DNA from: Macrostomum hystrix
Taxonomy: Eukaryota > Animalia > Platyhelminthes
Direction: 5' to 3'
Assembly: GCA_950097015.1 (NCBI GenBank)
Contig: CATNEN010000007.1
Span: 3,224,001-3,288,000 of the forward strand
Length of the DNA: 64,000 bases
This document shows positions 61,195 to 64,000 of the stretch, piece by piece. Under the pieces are notes generated by a model. It was not told the origin of the DNA. It ran no database searches and saw nothing but the letters and a program-made list of their open reading frames with translations. How positions within the stretch are numbered: position 1 is the stretch's first letter; each line of letters begins with the position of its first letter. A program made the translations under genes and the position numbers.

Positions 61195-64000
61195 TCAGTA
61201 CAGTCCCAGTGCCTTCTTCATCTCCAGCCTCCGCCAGTCGCTAAGGCCGACAAATTCATCGCGGCCGATGCCGAAAGCGTCCAGAAAATCAGCATCGTCC
61301 AGGTAGGCCTCCAGGCGTCCGGGATCCACGCCTTCGGGCAGCGGCCGCTGCTGCAGCTGGGCCAGGCTGAAGCTCAAATTATTCAGGCGCTCGTGTACAG
61401 ACTGCAGCTCCTGAGGCGGGCGTTTTGCGGCGCAATTGTCGGACAAATCCCAAGTGGGGAAGAGCCGACGGAATGAGGCCGGCTCGGAGCCGGCGAACAC
61501 CAGCAGTTGGCGGCCGACGGGAATTCCCAGCACTGCGAGCAACGAGGGGCGAGTGCTATTTTTAAAATCTATTTTTAGAAACAGGGATTACCAATAGGGA
61601 TTCCCCCGTATAGTAGTGCTATTTTTAGAAACTAAAAGAGGAAATTCCCGATTGCCAATTTAAAGGCAGTATTTTTTAAGACAATAGAAACAAAGAGATG
61701 GCCCAGTTGGGCACGATTTAAAGCTATTGTGCGTCGTTTATAAAGGCGGTCCAAGCTCAGTCCATAGACTGGGTGCCGCTGTCTGTGGGCTGATCTGGCT
61801 CGATAGGGAATAAAGTGTCTTTCTCATGAACAAAAATAGCCTCCCTTGGGCTGACATTCAAAATTTCGACCTCCTTGGTCGAAATTTAGACTAATTAAAA
61901 GCAAATAAACTTACTTTTTCCATACTCGATAGCGGTTGACAGTACGGCTCGTTTCTCTGCTTCGAATCGAGTCAGTGACGAGCCAGCCACCCGGCTGCTA
62001 GCAGCGGCAGCCGCAATGTCTGCCTCGGCCGTTGAGGGTGCGGCCGACCCGGAAGAAGCAGCAGCAGCAGCAGCCGGGGCCGCTTCGCTAGGATTCCAGC
62101 CTTGCCACAAAAATAGGCGGCTGCCGGCGTCAAACAAGACGAAGGCTGGAAGGAAAAGTTGTGATTGGTTGACAGCGGTGTACACAATTAACTATGTAAG
62201 ATTGCCGCCAAGAAGCTGTGTCTGGAAGACTAAGTATACAGATTTTAAGAGACTGTAAAAATGTCTGCGAGGCAGTGTACACAGATTCCTGTGAGGCAAT
62301 GTACACAGATTTCTGTGAGGTGGTGAACACAGATGTCTGTAAGGCACGGGCTAACGGTAGACCGATGGCAGCCTACCGTTAGCCGGCTGTGGCAGGGCCC
62401 GCAGCGCGGCCTGCTGGCACGGAAACGGACTGGGCCGGTCAGGCTCGTGCCATGGATCAGACATCAGGCTGAACTGCAGCTCTCCGCCACCGACGCCGCC
62501 GCTCCTGACAGACGAAGCGAACTTGAATACTCGCACCGGGGGCGGGTCATTGCAAGCTTCTATCTCCTCAGCTTCGTCATCCCTGTCGGATCCCAGAGCG
62601 GCAAGAAAGCCGGCCGTCTCGGCGCCAGGCCGCTCAGCAGTCCAACTGCGGGGCGGCACCGGCAGACCGTCCAGGCCCATCTCCAATGGGGTGCCGTCGG
62701 CCAGGGTGTCAGCACGCTGCTTGGCGAGCTGGCGGTACCAGTCGGCGGTGGCCGGGCCCAGCCACAGGTGGCCTTGCCCTGTCCGTCGTACCAGCAGGTA
62801 GCAGCCGCGCGGACGGAGGGAGACCCGGCAGAGCGGCACCTGTACCAGCAGGCTCTCTTCGAAGCGGTGTCCGCGGACCAGAAACAAGCGGGCGGGAATG
62901 TCGGGCTTGGCTTTGACGACGCCGGCGGAGCTCGAAGCGGGGGGATCGGAGTAGATCACGCAGGTGCCCTGGAATTGCAGGGAAGAGATGCCTAGTTCTT
63001 GCCGGGGTGGGATTTAGGGTAGGGTTCAAGTTTGGATTTAGGATGGGGTGTGAGATTGGATTCTGGATGGGATTTGAGATTGGATTCTGGATAGGATTTG
63101 AGATTGGATTCTGGATGGGGTTTGAGATTGGATTCTGGATGGGATTTGAGATGGGATTCTGGATGGGATTTGAGATTGGATTCTGGATAGGATTTGACTT
63201 TGTATTCACGATGGGATTCGACTTTGTATTCACGATGGGATTTGACTTTGTATTCACGATGGGATCTGAGACGGGATTCTGGATGGGATTTGAGATTGGA
63301 TTTAGGGTAGGATTTGAGTTTGAATTCACGATGGAATTTAAATTTGGTATTCAGGATGGGATTTGACTATGTATTCTGGATGTGATTTGAGTTTGGATTC
63401 AGGATGTGATTCAAGTCTGGATTTAGGATGTGATTTGAGTTCGGGTTTATGATTTGATTTCATGCCAGATTCAGAATGAGTCGGATTCAGGATGGAAATA
63501 CAATATTTGAGGTTTTGGGGTTAAGAATGGACTTCTTGCATGATCGTTGCAGCCAAGCTGACCTGGAAAATCCTGGCAAACGCGGGCGGCTCGAAGCCCT
63601 CGGCCACGTGCACCTGCGGGCAGCGCTCCTCGTCCATCTGGACAGTCAGCAGGGCGCCGGCTCCTTTCTCGCGCTGACCGGCTCCGGCGCCCTGCCAATA
63701 GAAGTAGGCGCACCTGTCCCGGCCCGTGTCACGGCCGCCAGCGGAGCCGCCGCCCAGCCGTCCGGTCAGGGAGATCAGACGGTACTGCCAGCGCACCAGC
63801 CGAATGCCGCAGCTGTGCAGCTGGCCGGCCGATCCCGGCGCCAGCTCCAGCCTCTCCAGCTCCGGTGTGACTAGCCAGGCCTTCACTGACAGCGTCTCCA
63901 GTTGGAAGGCGCGCTTCAGCCCGTCAGTGATCTCCGTCCAGGAGCCGCCGCGGCCAAGCTGGGAGCCTTCCAGTTCCAGGCAGGCCGGCGGGCGCCGCTG
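61195..64000 (-). CDS. SVIL: Supervillin-like (gelsolin repeats plus villin headpiece), 3' part
   Basis: CAYFYWQG...EKGAGALLTVQMDEERCPQVHV.EG.EP, LFLWQGW, AGSEPASFRRLFPTW, and headpiece PEGVDPGRLEAYLDDADF...F..L..WRRLEMKKALGLY. Exons (minus strand) >64000-63563, 62968-62377, 62145-61915, 61532-61195. Confidence 0.9.
63010..63490. repeat. About 24-bp degenerate minisatellite (GGATTCTGGATGGGATTTGAGATT) in a supervillin intron
   Basis: Visible array; source of the NPISNPIQ and GFEIGFWM ORFs. Confidence 0.92.

Noticed and set aside
62709-63366. NPISNPIQ and GFEIGFWM ORFs
   Set aside because: Translations of the intronic 24-bp repeat in supervillin.

Overview
Eukaryotic (animal) genomic DNA: GC-rich exons separated by AT-rich introns that often hold minisatellites. 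A near match to the flatworm spliced leader (recalled, not aligned here) suggests a Macrostomum-like free-living flatworm; this is inference. Host genes in order: 3' part of junctophilin (+), FAM98 (+), ATP synthase epsilon (+), DNLZ/Hep1 (+), an orphan single-TM acidic protein (-), a small Cys-rich peptide (+), an SL-RNA-like locus lacking its splice donor, an intronless ARM+TIR protein (+), DDOST/OST48 (+), a degenerate Rho GTPase (-), a secreted 10-Cys protein (+), an orphan 4-TM protein (+) and the 3' part of supervillin (-). The main feature is an apparently complete 14.5-kb Helitron (36482-50988). It has 5'-TC and hairpin+CTAG-3' ends and sits at an A|T site that restores the 14-bp period of the flanking satellite. 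It carries a 7-exon, frame-intact RepHel gene (about 1895 aa: 23-aa STPR-like repeats, OTU protease, Zn finger, HUH Rep, PIF1 helicase) and a separate spliced RPA70-like ssDNA-binding gene. Also present: two SINE families, two MITEs and many tandem arrays. No CRISPR, rRNA or bona fide tRNA was seen. All gene models were built by hand from GT-AG sites and reading-frame phase; no database searches were run.
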